Below, in pieces: positions 47,765 to 58,556 of a DNA stretch of 63,648 nt. Source of the stretch: an uncultured Erysipelotrichaceae bacterium (GTDB taxonomy: Bacteria; Bacillota_I; Bacilli_A; RF39; UBA660); NCBI GenBank assembly GCA_902798815.1, contig CADBYH010000005.1:1-63648 (forward strand), given 5' to 3'. The number at the start of each line of letters is the position of its first letter. Position 1 is the first letter of the stretch. The position numbers and the translations under genes were made by a program. Under the pieces are notes generated by a model. The model was not told where the DNA came from and ran no database searches. It was given only the letters and a program-made list of their open reading frames with translations.

Positions 47765-49324
47765 TTAACCTTTCTTCAACATACTAACGTAATCAATACA
47801 TTCCTTCATTTTATCTTTTCCAAATAATCTATTTAATTCCTCAATAAATGGATCAATAGCATCACGTATATAAGCTATATTTTGTTGCTCCAATTTTCTT
47901 AAAATCTTTTTAGCAACAAAGTAATCTATTCCACCAGTTTCATCTCCACCACAAGCAACATATACTGGAACAAATATCTTTAACTGTTTCATAATACGGT
48001 TACCAAAAGAGATTTTAAAATTTGTAATCATAAAATTATCCACTGTAGCAAGATTCTTTAAACCTTTTTCTGAAACAGGAAAATCTTCACAAGCCTTTTT
48101 AAATAAAGATTCCAAATAAACAGAGTTTAAATCTAATGCTTCTTGATTTCGACAATCAAATGGATCTATTTTTGTATTAATATCGATAGGCATAGCTCTA
48201 TCGTAAACTTTATCTGTAACAGCAAAAGTAGAATCATCGTTATTGATTGTACCTATATACCATACATTACCATTAAGTCTTATCTTACCATTATTTAATT
48301 TAACTGGATCGTTATCAACTGTATTAGTAACTAAAGCAACATTCCACTCAGCTCTATTAGGCATTTCAAGTATAGATAATACTTCTGCGAAATAATACTC
48401 AACACGAGCAAGATTCATTTCATCTAGTACTATTGTATGACATCTATCATCATATAAAGCACTATATAATTCAACAAGTGCACCTGTTTCATTAAATCTC
48501 TTTGTAAACTCGTTAATATACCCAAAAAAGTCTGTCCTATCACGCCAAGATGGCTGAACAGATGAAATACATGGATCAGACTTATTAAACTTACTCCAAG
48601 CATATGCTAAAGATGTTTTACCTGTACCAGAAATACCTTGGAATATTAACATCTTACCACAAGCTAATCCACCAAAGAACACTCTTAATAAATCTTCATT
48701 GTAATATAGATGTAACTGACTTGCTGAAAAACATCTAAAATCATCAATCAATTCAGGAAGAGTCTGTGTATTATTATAATTAACAATTTTAGTCTTTTTA
48801 TTTAATTTATCAATACGATACAATTGAGGAAATCTAATATCTTCATCCAATACATTATCCTCTTCCTCAACAACTTCTCCATCTGTTCCTTCAGTAGGAA
48901 CATCTTGAGATACGGTACCATCTGCATTTATTTTACCATTATTAGAATTAGGAGTAATACCTGAATATATTTCAGCTATTTTCTCGTTTTCCTTAACCAA
49001 TCCCTCTACTTGATCATTTAATGAATTAATTTCTTCAAGCAAAGACTCTTGATTTACCAATTTCTTTTTTAATAAGAAATATTTTCTAAATATATATTGC
49101 AAAATATAGAATATTAATCCAATTATTAATAATAAAACTACTCCTAAAATAACCACAAGAACCCACTCATTAATGTGTAATTCTTTTGAATAGAAATCAA
49201 TTATCTTTTTATAATTACTAAACGAGAAAATAGTTACTAAACCACTAAATAATCCCTTAAAAACAGCACCAACTCCAGTAAACAATATAGATAAAACTTC
49301 ATATAAAAAACGTAGTACTGTCAT
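47765..49324 (-). CDS. Membrane-anchored McrB-like AAA+ NTPase
   Basis: N-terminal hydrophobic helices and coiled coil; GISGTGKT, VQPSW, LDEMNLARVEYYF, GTINNDD, KVYDRA. Confidence 0.82.
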   Translation of the reverse strand: MTVLRFLYEVLSILFTGVGAVFKGLFSGLVTIFSFSNYKKIIDFYSKELHINEWVLVVILGVVLLLIIGLIFYILQYIFRKYFLLKKKLVNQESLLEEINSLNDQVEGLVKENEKIAEIYSGITPNSNNGKINADGTVSQDVPTEGTDGEVVEEEDNVLDEDIRFPQLYRIDKLNKKTKIVNYNNTQTLPELIDDFRCFSASQLHLYYNEDLLRVFFGGLACGKMLIFQGISGTGKTSLAYAWSKFNKSDPCISSVQPSWRDRTDFFGYINEFTKRFNETGALVELYSALYDDRCHTIVLDEMNLARVEYYFAEVLSILEMPNRAEWNVALVTNTVDNDPVKLNNGKIRLNGNVWYIGTINNDDSTFAVTDKVYDRAMPIDINTKIDPFDCRNQEALDLNSVYLESLFKKACEDFPVSEKGLKNLATVDNFMITNFKISFGNRIMKQLKIFVPVYVACGGDETGGIDYFVAKKILRKLEQQNIAYIRDAIDPFIEELNRLFGKDKMKECIDYVSMLKKG

Positions 49325-51363
49325 AATTTAATCACCTCGCTACTAATAGGTTCAGAAATACAATAAGTATTATTAATCAAATCTTTAGGAACAAAACTTT
49401 CAATTTCTTTTTTGTTTTCATCTCCAACAACAAAGATATATTCTCCCATTTCTAAAATATTTCTATCAAATTCTGCATTCATCAATGTACTTTTTTGTAT
49501 CTGAATAATAAAATTGAATCCACTATTCTTAAATTTATTTAATTTATTTTTATATTTTTTTAATACATCATCATCTATAGATATTAAAATCTTCTTTTGA
49601 GAAAAAGGATCATTAAAATTATCTATAAAAGAATTAATCTTTCTATCTTTACTATATAAACTATCATTAAGATGAACAATATATCTCTTTTTATAGTTTT
49701 CTTCAAAAAGTTCATTTATTAATGTTGAACCAATTAGTTTTAAAGAAACCTCTTGTAAGTTTTCTAAAACAACAGACTGACTATATGACTTATCTATAAT
49801 ATATTCACTAAATATTTTACTAAATTTTATATTTGATTTAATCTGAGTATTATAAAGATCATCAACTATAGTATCACTAACAACAAGTTTAAATATTTTT
49901 GAAGATGATATCTTTTCAATAAATGATTTTCTTAATTTAGTATAGTTATTACCTTTTTCAACAATACAATTTACAATTAATTTTTTATCTTGATCTGTTT
50001 CAAAAGAAACAACATCTCCAATTAACTTATTCAAATTACTATAGTTATCATCTAATTTATTATAAAACAACAATAAATCTGTTATTTCTCTCTTTTGATT
50101 TACATCTAAATTTCTCTTTTTTGAAGCATATTTTTTTATTTTTTCTTCTAGTATTTCATTCTTCTTACTATAATCTTCATCACTATAATCAACTGGTTGA
50201 ATAAATCTATCAGTTACATAAGAAGAAATAATTTTTTTTAATACAGAAGCAGGATACTCCTTACCTTGAGCATCACATATAATAGTCAATATTTCAAATA
50301 TTTCATATTGTTTTAACTCTAATATTTTTAAAACAAAGTTTTTAGTACCTTTACCAATTATAGTAGGTTGCCCACCTTCATTTTTATCATTACCAATTGC
50401 TTCTAGTACCTCATTACTTGCCTCTTCTTCTTCATTACTTTCAGTATTCTCTCCTTCTTCCTTTTTTTCTTCTTTTTTCTCTTCTTTTTTAATATCAGTA
50501 TCAATTACAATTGTACTTAATTTAGTTTCAATAACATCTGCTGCAGTATTATTTTTTAATTCATCATCAGCAATATTAATATTTGGAACAACAATAATAG
50601 GATCCTCATAAACAATATTTTCTTCTGGTATTTCTTTATTTTCTTCTAATTGTTCTACAGTACTAGCATCAGTATTTTCAACAGGAATATCTTCTTGTTT
50701 TTCAATATTACTTTGCTCATTTGTATCTTGTGCAACCACATTCTGTTCTTGTACATTAGGTACAGAAACCTCATGTACAGGTTGAACAACCACATTAGTT
50801 TCAACATCATCTAATATTTCTATATTCTTATCTTTTTTAGAATTCATACGTCTTTTTAAGAAATCAAAGAATTCCACAAAAAATAGAATAACAATTGGTA
50901 TAATCAATAAGATAAATAGTATTAATCCAGACTGCATAATATATAATAAATAACCCAATTTATGAAATACACTTCCTCTAATTCCTAGTAATTCATCTGA
51001 AATCCAATGACGATTATCATTCTTTAATGTTATATATCCAGGATCAGCATCTAATTTAACCTTTTCTACTTTTGAATTAATAACATTAATGTTCTTTGAA
51101 TTAATTATTTCTTCATAAACAAACACATCATCATTAACTTTTACTTTATTAAGATCAATCTTCTTTATTACTATTAAATCCCCATCATTATATCCCTTAG
51201 TTTTAGATTTTTTACAATTACTAAAATAATAATTGTTTTTTGTTTCAATTAATCCATATTTATTTCTAAAAACTAATAATAGAGAGAATAAATACAATGC
51301 AAATATATACAATAAAATTAGTACTATTACTAATACTTTTCTAAGAACTATTCTTATTTTCAT
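49321..51363 (-). CDS. Dead SipW-like domain + acidic linker + degenerate EAL-like C-terminal domain
   Basis: GDLIVIKK...KVNDDVFVY without GSM/THR; C-terminal YIVHL..KILISI..KFKNSGFNFII..EYIFV follows EAL barrel spacing without EAL/DDFGTG. Confidence 0.5.
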   Translation of the reverse strand: MKIRIVLRKVLVIVLILLYIFALYLFSLLLVFRNKYGLIETKNNYYFSNCKKSKTKGYNDGDLIVIKKIDLNKVKVNDDVFVYEEIINSKNINVINSKVEKVKLDADPGYITLKNDNRHWISDELLGIRGSVFHKLGYLLYIMQSGLILFILLIIPIVILFFVEFFDFLKRRMNSKKDKNIEILDDVETNVVVQPVHEVSVPNVQEQNVVAQDTNEQSNIEKQEDIPVENTDASTVEQLEENKEIPEENIVYEDPIIVVPNINIADDELKNNTAADVIETKLSTIVIDTDIKKEEKKEEKKEEGENTESNEEEEASNEVLEAIGNDKNEGGQPTIIGKGTKNFVLKILELKQYEIFEILTIICDAQGKEYPASVLKKIISSYVTDRFIQPVDYSDEDYSKKNEILEEKIKKYASKKRNLDVNQKREITDLLLFYNKLDDNYSNLNKLIGDVVSFETDQDKKLIVNCIVEKGNNYTKLRKSFIEKISSSKIFKLVVSDTIVDDLYNTQIKSNIKFSKIFSEYIIDKSYSQSVVLENLQEVSLKLIGSTLINELFEENYKKRYIVHLNDSLYSKDRKINSFIDNFNDPFSQKKILISIDDDVLKKYKNKLNKFKNSGFNFIIQIQKSTLMNAEFDRNILEMGEYIFVVGDENKKEIESFVPKDLINNTYCISEPISSEVIKL

Positions 51364-51435
51364 ATACTCACATCCTCTCTCCAATTATAAAAAAATTATA
51401 CCATATTTATTTCTTTCAAATCAATAAATCAAATA

Positions 51436-52068
51436 CTATATCTGCCTAAATGTAAAACTAACATTTATATTGTAATTAACACCTTGATTATTAGCTACTT
51501 TCTCTCCTATCAATGTATCAGATGTATTTGTCGACGTACTATTATAATTATCTATCCATTGAAAATAAAATCTAAGATAAATATTAGTATGTGTTCCACT
51601 AGCAGGTAGAATTTTATTATTATTAAAAGTTTTTGAATCAGGATACAAACCTGATGAAACAAATGATACACTAGGAGTTGTAGTATTAGTTATTGTATTC
51701 GCACTAATTCTATAACCTAATACTTTTAAATTATCTATTTCACCAGTCTTTTCAACTGTAACTTCATAATTAAATGACGTTTTTATATTAGAACAATCTA
51801 TAAAAACATCAAAATAACCCTTACATCCAGGAGCAAGTTTACCAGTATTAACATTAGTACAACTATTTACCACAGGAGTAAAAGATAAATTAATCGTATT
51901 ATTAGTCGTAATATCAGTATTATTAAGTAAAATTCTCCACTTAGTCATATCTGCTCCAACTTCTCCAGAAGAACTAGAAACATATTTTGCATAACTAGAA
52001 TTAAGATTGGACAACAAAACAAAGATAGATAAAACTAGTATAAATATTTTTAGTTCAATATTCTTCAT
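51436..52068 (-). CDS. SipW-class exported TasA-like minor subunit
   Basis: SYAKY signal end, KLAPG, C-terminal F-x-Q strand. Confidence 0.65.
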   Translation of the reverse strand: MKNIELKIFILVLSIFVLLSNLNSSYAKYVSSSSGEVGADMTKWRILLNNTDITTNNTINLSFTPVVNSCTNVNTGKLAPGCKGYFDVFIDCSNIKTSFNYEVTVEKTGEIDNLKVLGYRISANTITNTTTPSVSFVSSGLYPDSKTFNNNKILPASGTHTNIYLRFYFQWIDNYNSTSTNTSDTLIGEKVANNQGVNYNINVSFTFRQI

Positions 52069-52133
52069 CTTATCACCCTATCATAATTATACAGCAAAAA
52101 AAAAGACAGTTCAATAATTGAACTAATCTTTTA

Positions 52134-52949
52134 TTAATTAGATACAGATATCGCATCTTGACATGAAATACTACTATTCTTATATACACTTAAATAGTTT
52201 GATGTATATACAGGTAAATTTATAGTTTTTGTAGTTCTCAAACTATCACAAAATCTTACATTTGTATTTGCTGTAACTAATTGTATAGAACTATAATTCT
52301 CATCATAATTTGTTATAGTATATTTACAACTATTATCTCTCTCAGCAATTGTATTTATAACAACACCAGACTTAGAAGAATCAAAGGTTATATCATATAA
52401 TGTAGTAAATTCTTTTTTATATGGACTAGTTGTTGTAATATTAATTTGAACAAAAACATGCTTTTTTGTAGAAAGTTTTTTCACTTTTAAATTATGAACA
52501 TTATACCTTTTATTATATGTAATAGTACAAGTAGAAGAAGCCTCACATTGTTCTTCTGTCATATTAGCAGGTGATGTTGTAAATGATTTATTAAGAGAAA
52601 CATTTTGTACACCATCTAAAGTATCATCAATATAACATTCAAAATTATTATCAACATCATCAACTATACACTCTATATCATATGTAATATTAGTCTTACT
52701 AATTTGGAAATCACTTTCATAATTATACACTTTAAATGGAATACTATTCCCATCATAATTACTATTTGTATGTGAAAATCTCATCTCACTATCAAAATAA
52801 AATGCTGTTGAACTATAATTGTAGTTATAAGAATTACTTTTTGCAAAAAGAGCACGAGAATATTTAAAAAATATTATTATCAAACTTAAAACAAATATTG
52901 ATATAACTGATAAAAATATAGTATATTTTATATTTTTTAATAAACTCAT
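52134..52949 (-). CDS. SipW-class exported protein, Cys-containing
   Basis: SRALF signal end; AFYFDS; operon with neighbours. Confidence 0.55.
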   Translation of the reverse strand: MSLLKNIKYTIFLSVISIFVLSLIIIFFKYSRALFAKSNSYNYNYSSTAFYFDSEMRFSHTNSNYDGNSIPFKVYNYESDFQISKTNITYDIECIVDDVDNNFECYIDDTLDGVQNVSLNKSFTTSPANMTEEQCEASSTCTITYNKRYNVHNLKVKKLSTKKHVFVQINITTTSPYKKEFTTLYDITFDSSKSGVVINTIAERDNSCKYTITNYDENYSSIQLVTANTNVRFCDSLRTTKTINLPVYTSNYLSVYKNSSISCQDAISVSN

Positions 52950-52965
52950 TTTATATACACTCCTT

Positions 52966-53499
52966 TTATGTTGATTGAATAGACTCTATTCTTAAAGTAA
53001 CAGTATCTATATTATTTGAATAATTATAACCAAATACATCTCCACTTGAATTAGTAGAAGGAAAACTTACTTTTAATGTATAACTACGCGTGATATTACT
53101 TGTATAATTCATTGTAATATATGATGAAGAACATGAAATATCAACAGTTCCAGAACACGTTAACAAATTTGTAGTGTTAGAACCTAAAACAATACTATAC
53201 TGTAATGGTAATGAATAAGAATTAACGAAAAACTTATATTTTATTTTTACATCACTTCTATTACTTGCATTAGCATTAGTAACTTGAAAATTAAATTGCT
53301 TAACAGTACCCGGTTTCATATCCTTAATATCAAAACTCAATGTATCTGTTAATTGATCATTAAAAACAAACCTTGCTAAAGGAATAGATGAAACGCTTCC
53401 ATGAGTAGTACTTTTATACATAGCATAACTACCATTTATTACATAAAATAAAGAACATAAAACAATAATAAATAATAAATATCTAATTTTTCTTTTCAT
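52966..53499 (-). CDS. SipW-class exported TasA-like minor subunit
   Basis: SYAMY, DMKPG, FQVTN, terminal ESIQ. Confidence 0.65.
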   Translation of the reverse strand: MKRKIRYLLFIIVLCSLFYVINGSYAMYKSTTHGSVSSIPLARFVFNDQLTDTLSFDIKDMKPGTVKQFNFQVTNANASNRSDVKIKYKFFVNSYSLPLQYSIVLGSNTTNLLTCSGTVDISCSSSYITMNYTSNITRSYTLKVSFPSTNSSGDVFGYNYSNNIDTVTLRIESIQST

Positions 53500-53513
53500 T
53501 GAATCACTTCCAG

Positions 53514-56500
53514 TTATTTTACAATAATATTATAATTCTCTTCAGCAAGTCTTCCAGAATTAGTTTCTAAGAAAAACTTTATATTATATGATCCAGGACT
53601 AATATTACTCTTTAAATTTAAATCTGTATAATAATTTACATTTTGTGAACCAGTAATTGTTTTAAAAGAATAATAATTACCACTTATATTAGTAAAACTA
53701 TTAGTAAATAATTGACTAGGTGCCACACTTTGAGTTGATGTTTGACTAACAAGCTTATTAACAATCATAGAAATTTTCTTACTCGAAAAACTTCCCTTGT
53801 ATTTATAATTTAATCTAATTCTGCTATTATTTAAAGATGTTTTTCCAGTACTACCATTAATAATTCGATCTCCATCAGCAATACTTGTACTAAACCCAAT
53901 ACCATTAATACCATTACAATAATTATTTGTGACTGTTACTGTATCAGTTGCTAATACAGTTCCTGCATAATTACAAACTTTAAAAACTAAATTGTAATCA
54001 CCATTTAAACAATCAATAAAATAACTATAAATATATTGATCTAATTCTATAGAATCATTTGCTCTATATTGAGATCCATAATTATAAAAATATGGCTTAT
54101 AAACTATATTTACTTTATTATTACTATTAAAAGAATAATCATCTTCATAACCATTATTATTATCATAAAATAGTTCAAACTTACCATGAAATAACTGTGA
54201 TAGATTTTCATTGTTTGGGCCAAGTAATTCTACTTTTAATATATAATCATTATTGCCAATATCAGGACCATATTTTTGCTTAACATTACCATATGAACTA
54301 TAGGATTTAGCAGTTTTCTCAAAAACTACATCGAAATAAAAATGTGCATAGTTATCAGGCCCAACTAAAGAAATAGAATCACCATCATCCTCTTCACTTA
54401 CATCAAGATTATAACTTATATGTGAAAAACTATTATACACGCTATATGCAAAGTAAGAAGCACCTTCATATTCAGAAACACCACTAGCAACAGCAACAAG
54501 TTCAGGTTCAATATATATAGGAAAATCATCATCATCAACATCAGAAAAATCAAAAGAAATTTTATAATTTTCATTTAATACACCATTACTATGATGACTA
54601 GAAACTTTATTATCATAAGCAGTATTATTAACAATAGATCTAAAATTAGCTAAATTATATACATAATATGTATCATCATCACTATTAGTATTAGCTGTTG
54701 GTGTAGAATTGACTGTATACATATAAGTTTGATCATAAAAATCATCATAAAGTACTATTTTTGTATCAATAGGTAATGGTTCTTCATATATATATAGATT
54801 TGTTCTTGCAGAAGTAGAATACCAACTAGAATAAATACTTACATCCATTTGATGAGTACAATTAAAATTTAAAACTGAATCCTTAGTAACTTGTTGTCCA
54901 TCATAAAAATCAAGTGGATAATCATTTATTCCTTCAGTAAAACTTGTTTCATATCCATCATAAACAATTAAATCAGAATTCGCATACGTAACATTTCCAT
55001 AAACATCAGTTGCTTTAACAAATATCGTTTTACAATCATTTAATTCTATATTAAGATTCGAACCATCATAAAATGAATATTGAAAAGTATTATAACCACT
55101 ATATGAATTTGAAAATCCATCTCTTATATAATACTCAATTTTTGCCAAATCTTTGTTATCATTTGCATTTATTATAACAGCGGTATCTGATGTAAGTCTA
55201 ACTCTTGAAATTGAATTTAATCCAGTCCAAGAATTTGAACCAATAACAATTGAAACAGTTGGAGAAGTATAATCATCATAATATAATACAGGTGGAAGTG
55301 AAGTCCTATATGTCCAGACATATCCATTTTGAACAGTTCCCCCTGAACCATATTTGTCAAAACCCATTGTAGATTGTATATGAGTCTGTGAAGTAAGAGT
55401 TGAATATGATACAGATGATATTCCTGCACTAGAAGCATTAGAATTACTTATATTCCCTATAGGATTACCACTACCACTAGTATAATAAATCTTAGTCCCA
55501 TTAAAAAACTGAGAAAAAGTATAACTAGATAATAATTTTACATAACCAGCTATTCTTCCACTAAAAGCACTAGTATTTTTCTGTAAATCAAAACACTTTG
55601 ATATATATAACCTATTAGCACCTTGTCTAATAAAACCAAATAATCCTCCAGAATATCTCGGACAACGTATTTCTGCATAATTATATGATAAAGTAAACTC
55701 CTTTAGTGAACAATAAGTACTTAATGAACCTACCAAACCTCCTGCATTATCAGTTGAGATAATAGTTGCTAAATTATATATTCTTCTTATAACACATACC
55801 ATACTATCAGGACAAGTGTTACCTAATATTAAACCAATAGACACCCTACCAAATACACCACCAACTGAATTATCACCAACTATTTTTCCCCTAATTACAA
55901 TATTTTCAATAGTACCACAATTTTCAAAACATCCAATAAATCCTGTTTTATCCTCATGAGAATACTCTTTATATGACAAATTTGTAAATGTAACATTACT
56001 TGAAACAGGTGTAACAGTAATGGTACTAACATGATTAGATAATTCAATTGAAAAAGCACCTGAACTATATGTATTACCACCATATTTGAATGATGCACTA
56101 GCAGTACCACTTACAACATATTTATAATATGGTTCCTCAGCATAAACAGGATTACTACCACCATTCAGATTAATTACATTTTGCGAAGGTGAAGAAGCAG
56201 ATCCATTGTAAGTATAATCAACATTTTGATTCTTAATAAAACCCGAAAAAACAATATCTTTAACTGTATTACCAGTTGCAGTACTAGTATATGAATAACC
56301 AACAACACCTAAATAAGATGCACATCCAGAAATATAAGTATTCAAAAATCTAACATTTTGTACTGTTGCATCCTGAATTATTTTAAAAAAACCATATTCA
56401 TCATAGTATGTGTTACTATAATAAAATAAACCATTAATAGTTTTTCCATTACCATTAAAATTACCAGTAAAAGTAAAATCAGTCCTTGGTAATTGATTTA

Positions 56501-56924
56501 TAGTTCCCACAGGATTATTATTCAAAATATCCTGCACAGAGTTATAATATTTATCACCAGATATAAGATATTCTTGATTATCTTTATAATACTTGGGATT
56601 ATTTTCATCTTCATAATCAAAATAACCCTCATTTAAATAAATATCAGCAGTAAGTTTATAATACTTTGATCTATAATACGAAGATGAATTACATCTATTA
56701 ATAAAAAGTTTTAAATCTGCACCATTTGAAATCAAATATGGAGAAGAACTAGTTCCACTACCAGAAAGAGTAGAAGATACAGAAGAACCATCCCAATAAT
56801 CAGTATTATCATTATTAGAAAGATATCTTGCATATGAAACCTTAAAAAGCATAATAGTACCTAAAACACCTATTATGCCAAAAATAACTAAATTAAAAAT
56901 TGTTATTTTCTTTAAGTTTTTCAT
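53514..56924 (-). CDS. Large SipW-class exported protein with GLUG-type repeats (tip adhesin candidate)
   Basis: SYARY; GSGTSSSPYLI, YKLTADI, FTGNFNGNGKTI, VGGVFG/AGGLVG/SGGLFG; beta-rich C-terminal domains; no wall anchor. Confidence 0.7.
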   Translation of the reverse strand: MKNLKKITIFNLVIFGIIGVLGTIMLFKVSYARYLSNNDNTDYWDGSSVSSTLSGSGTSSSPYLISNGADLKLFINRCNSSSYYRSKYYKLTADIYLNEGYFDYEDENNPKYYKDNQEYLISGDKYYNSVQDILNNNPVGTINQLPRTDFTFTGNFNGNGKTINGLFYYSNTYYDEYGFFKIIQDATVQNVRFLNTYISGCASYLGVVGYSYTSTATGNTVKDIVFSGFIKNQNVDYTYNGSASSPSQNVINLNGGSNPVYAEEPYYKYVVSGTASASFKYGGNTYSSGAFSIELSNHVSTITVTPVSSNVTFTNLSYKEYSHEDKTGFIGCFENCGTIENIVIRGKIVGDNSVGGVFGRVSIGLILGNTCPDSMVCVIRRIYNLATIISTDNAGGLVGSLSTYCSLKEFTLSYNYAEIRCPRYSGGLFGFIRQGANRLYISKCFDLQKNTSAFSGRIAGYVKLLSSYTFSQFFNGTKIYYTSGSGNPIGNISNSNASSAGISSVSYSTLTSQTHIQSTMGFDKYGSGGTVQNGYVWTYRTSLPPVLYYDDYTSPTVSIVIGSNSWTGLNSISRVRLTSDTAVIINANDNKDLAKIEYYIRDGFSNSYSGYNTFQYSFYDGSNLNIELNDCKTIFVKATDVYGNVTYANSDLIVYDGYETSFTEGINDYPLDFYDGQQVTKDSVLNFNCTHQMDVSIYSSWYSTSARTNLYIYEEPLPIDTKIVLYDDFYDQTYMYTVNSTPTANTNSDDDTYYVYNLANFRSIVNNTAYDNKVSSHHSNGVLNENYKISFDFSDVDDDDFPIYIEPELVAVASGVSEYEGASYFAYSVYNSFSHISYNLDVSEEDDGDSISLVGPDNYAHFYFDVVFEKTAKSYSSYGNVKQKYGPDIGNNDYILKVELLGPNNENLSQLFHGKFELFYDNNNGYEDDYSFNSNNKVNIVYKPYFYNYGSQYRANDSIELDQYIYSYFIDCLNGDYNLVFKVCNYAGTVLATDTVTVTNNYCNGINGIGFSTSIADGDRIINGSTGKTSLNNSRIRLNYKYKGSFSSKKISMIVNKLVSQTSTQSVAPSQLFTNSFTNISGNYYSFKTITGSQNVNYYTDLNLKSNISPGSYNIKFFLETNSGRLAEENYNIIVK

Positions 56925-56939
56925 ACTACAATCCTTTCA

Positions 56940-58553
56940 TTAATCTTTTACCTCTTCATCCTTCATCTTTTTTATATTAATTAAAAAACTAATTTCATCA
57001 ATTGTATGTTGAAACTTTGATATTTTCATTTTATTTTTTAACTTCTCATAATTAGAAAAAACTAATTGCTGATTATCCTCTTCAAAAGTAGTCTCATTAA
57101 CATTTAAATTATCAAATCTATATGCATCCATTAATCTTAACTCAAAATTTTCATTTGAAAAAATAGATTTCATATCAATCAACTTTCTATTTCTATTATA
57201 CAAAAGATCATATATTTCATTATATTTATCAGTAACCTCTGTTGCATTCTCATATTCAAAAACACTTTTAATTATTGATCTTGAAAAATACGGATAAAAT
57301 ACAATCAATTCAATAATAGAAGATATAAATGAATTTGGCTGTATTTTTTGTTTTAATTTTAAATTATAATACATTTTATTACGTTCTAAATATTCTGAAT
57401 AAATTTCTGTTAAATTCTTTTGTTGCTCTATTATGCTGTTAATATCAACAGTAGTTAAACTATTTTCAATATTATCAAGAGTTAATATTTTATTAATAAA
57501 CCCTTTTTTTACCTTAGAATTCATCTTACTTATTTTTTTATCATGTGCTTTAAAATCCTTAATCATTTGTTTCTCATCTAAAGAAGAAATATTCTTGTTA
57601 AATGTATTCTTAATATTTTCAAATAAAGGATCATTCACACTATAACATTGATATTCTAGTAAATTATTATAAAATGTATCAATCCTATTTACTGTCTGAT
57701 TTAAGATATTAATATCTTCAGTATTAATTGGTTTAATCAAAAAGTAATCTAATTCTCCATATAAGTTATTCATTGTATTTTCATATACTCCAAAATCAAG
57801 ATTACCATCCATAAAATCAGTTATGATATCAGCTTCATCTTTATCTTCAACCTTTTCTTTTTCAGCTTCTACCTCAAACAATCTCTCTAATACTTTATCT
57901 CTATTTTCAAAACCATTCTCATTTAATACTTTCTTTTCATAAGAACTAATAAATGATTTGAATTTTTTAATATTTTTATCAATTAATATCTTAATACTTA
58001 CAATAATATTTTCATACATTTTTGGACATTTCCAAAATAATTTTTTCAAAATTTCTATATCTATTTCTTTACCATTAAATAACTCAAATAAATTTAACAT
58101 ATAATTATATGTAAATACATTTATTTTAAAATCATCTGCAGATATCTTAATACCCGCAATCGTAAATTTAGAAATAATTTTCCTTATTATTTCGTTATTT
58201 TCTTGTAAAGAATAATCATAATAGTGTTCTAATTCAAACAATAACATATCAAAACCTAGTTTTTCATAAAAACCGGTAGTTGGATTAGTAAGATTTATAA
58301 TTTCTTTTAATCCAACTATTTGATCATTATAACTATTTATTGTTGGAATTTTATCAATTCTATGTGGACGTAATTTTTCATATTTATAATCAATAAATGT
58401 CCTAGTACTATCAATTAAAGATTGATACGTATCTACTATTCCATCTATTGTATCTTTATACTTTTTAACTCTAGCTTCAGTATTCATTGGCAATAAATCC
58501 AATAATACCTTTTTCTCTTCAATATCTTTATCTATATACTCTTTAAAATTCAT
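56940..58553 (-). CDS. Hypothetical cytoplasmic helical protein
   Basis: 537-aa ORF, no signal or TM, RBS GAGGAG. Confidence 0.75.
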   Translation of the reverse strand: MNFKEYIDKDIEEKKVLLDLLPMNTEARVKKYKDTIDGIVDTYQSLIDSTRTFIDYKYEKLRPHRIDKIPTINSYNDQIVGLKEIINLTNPTTGFYEKLGFDMLLFELEHYYDYSLQENNEIIRKIISKFTIAGIKISADDFKINVFTYNYMLNLFELFNGKEIDIEILKKLFWKCPKMYENIIVSIKILIDKNIKKFKSFISSYEKKVLNENGFENRDKVLERLFEVEAEKEKVEDKDEADIITDFMDGNLDFGVYENTMNNLYGELDYFLIKPINTEDINILNQTVNRIDTFYNNLLEYQCYSVNDPLFENIKNTFNKNISSLDEKQMIKDFKAHDKKISKMNSKVKKGFINKILTLDNIENSLTTVDINSIIEQQKNLTEIYSEYLERNKMYYNLKLKQKIQPNSFISSIIELIVFYPYFSRSIIKSVFEYENATEVTDKYNEIYDLLYNRNRKLIDMKSIFSNENFELRLMDAYRFDNLNVNETTFEEDNQQLVFSNYEKLKNKMKISKFQHTIDEISFLINIKKMKDEEVKD

Positions 58554-58556
58554 AGA

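Noticed and set aside
46503-49324. Ordinary McrBC restriction system
   Set aside because: TM anchor, no recognisable nuclease motif and coupling to SipW genes argue against it; not fully excluded without profile searches
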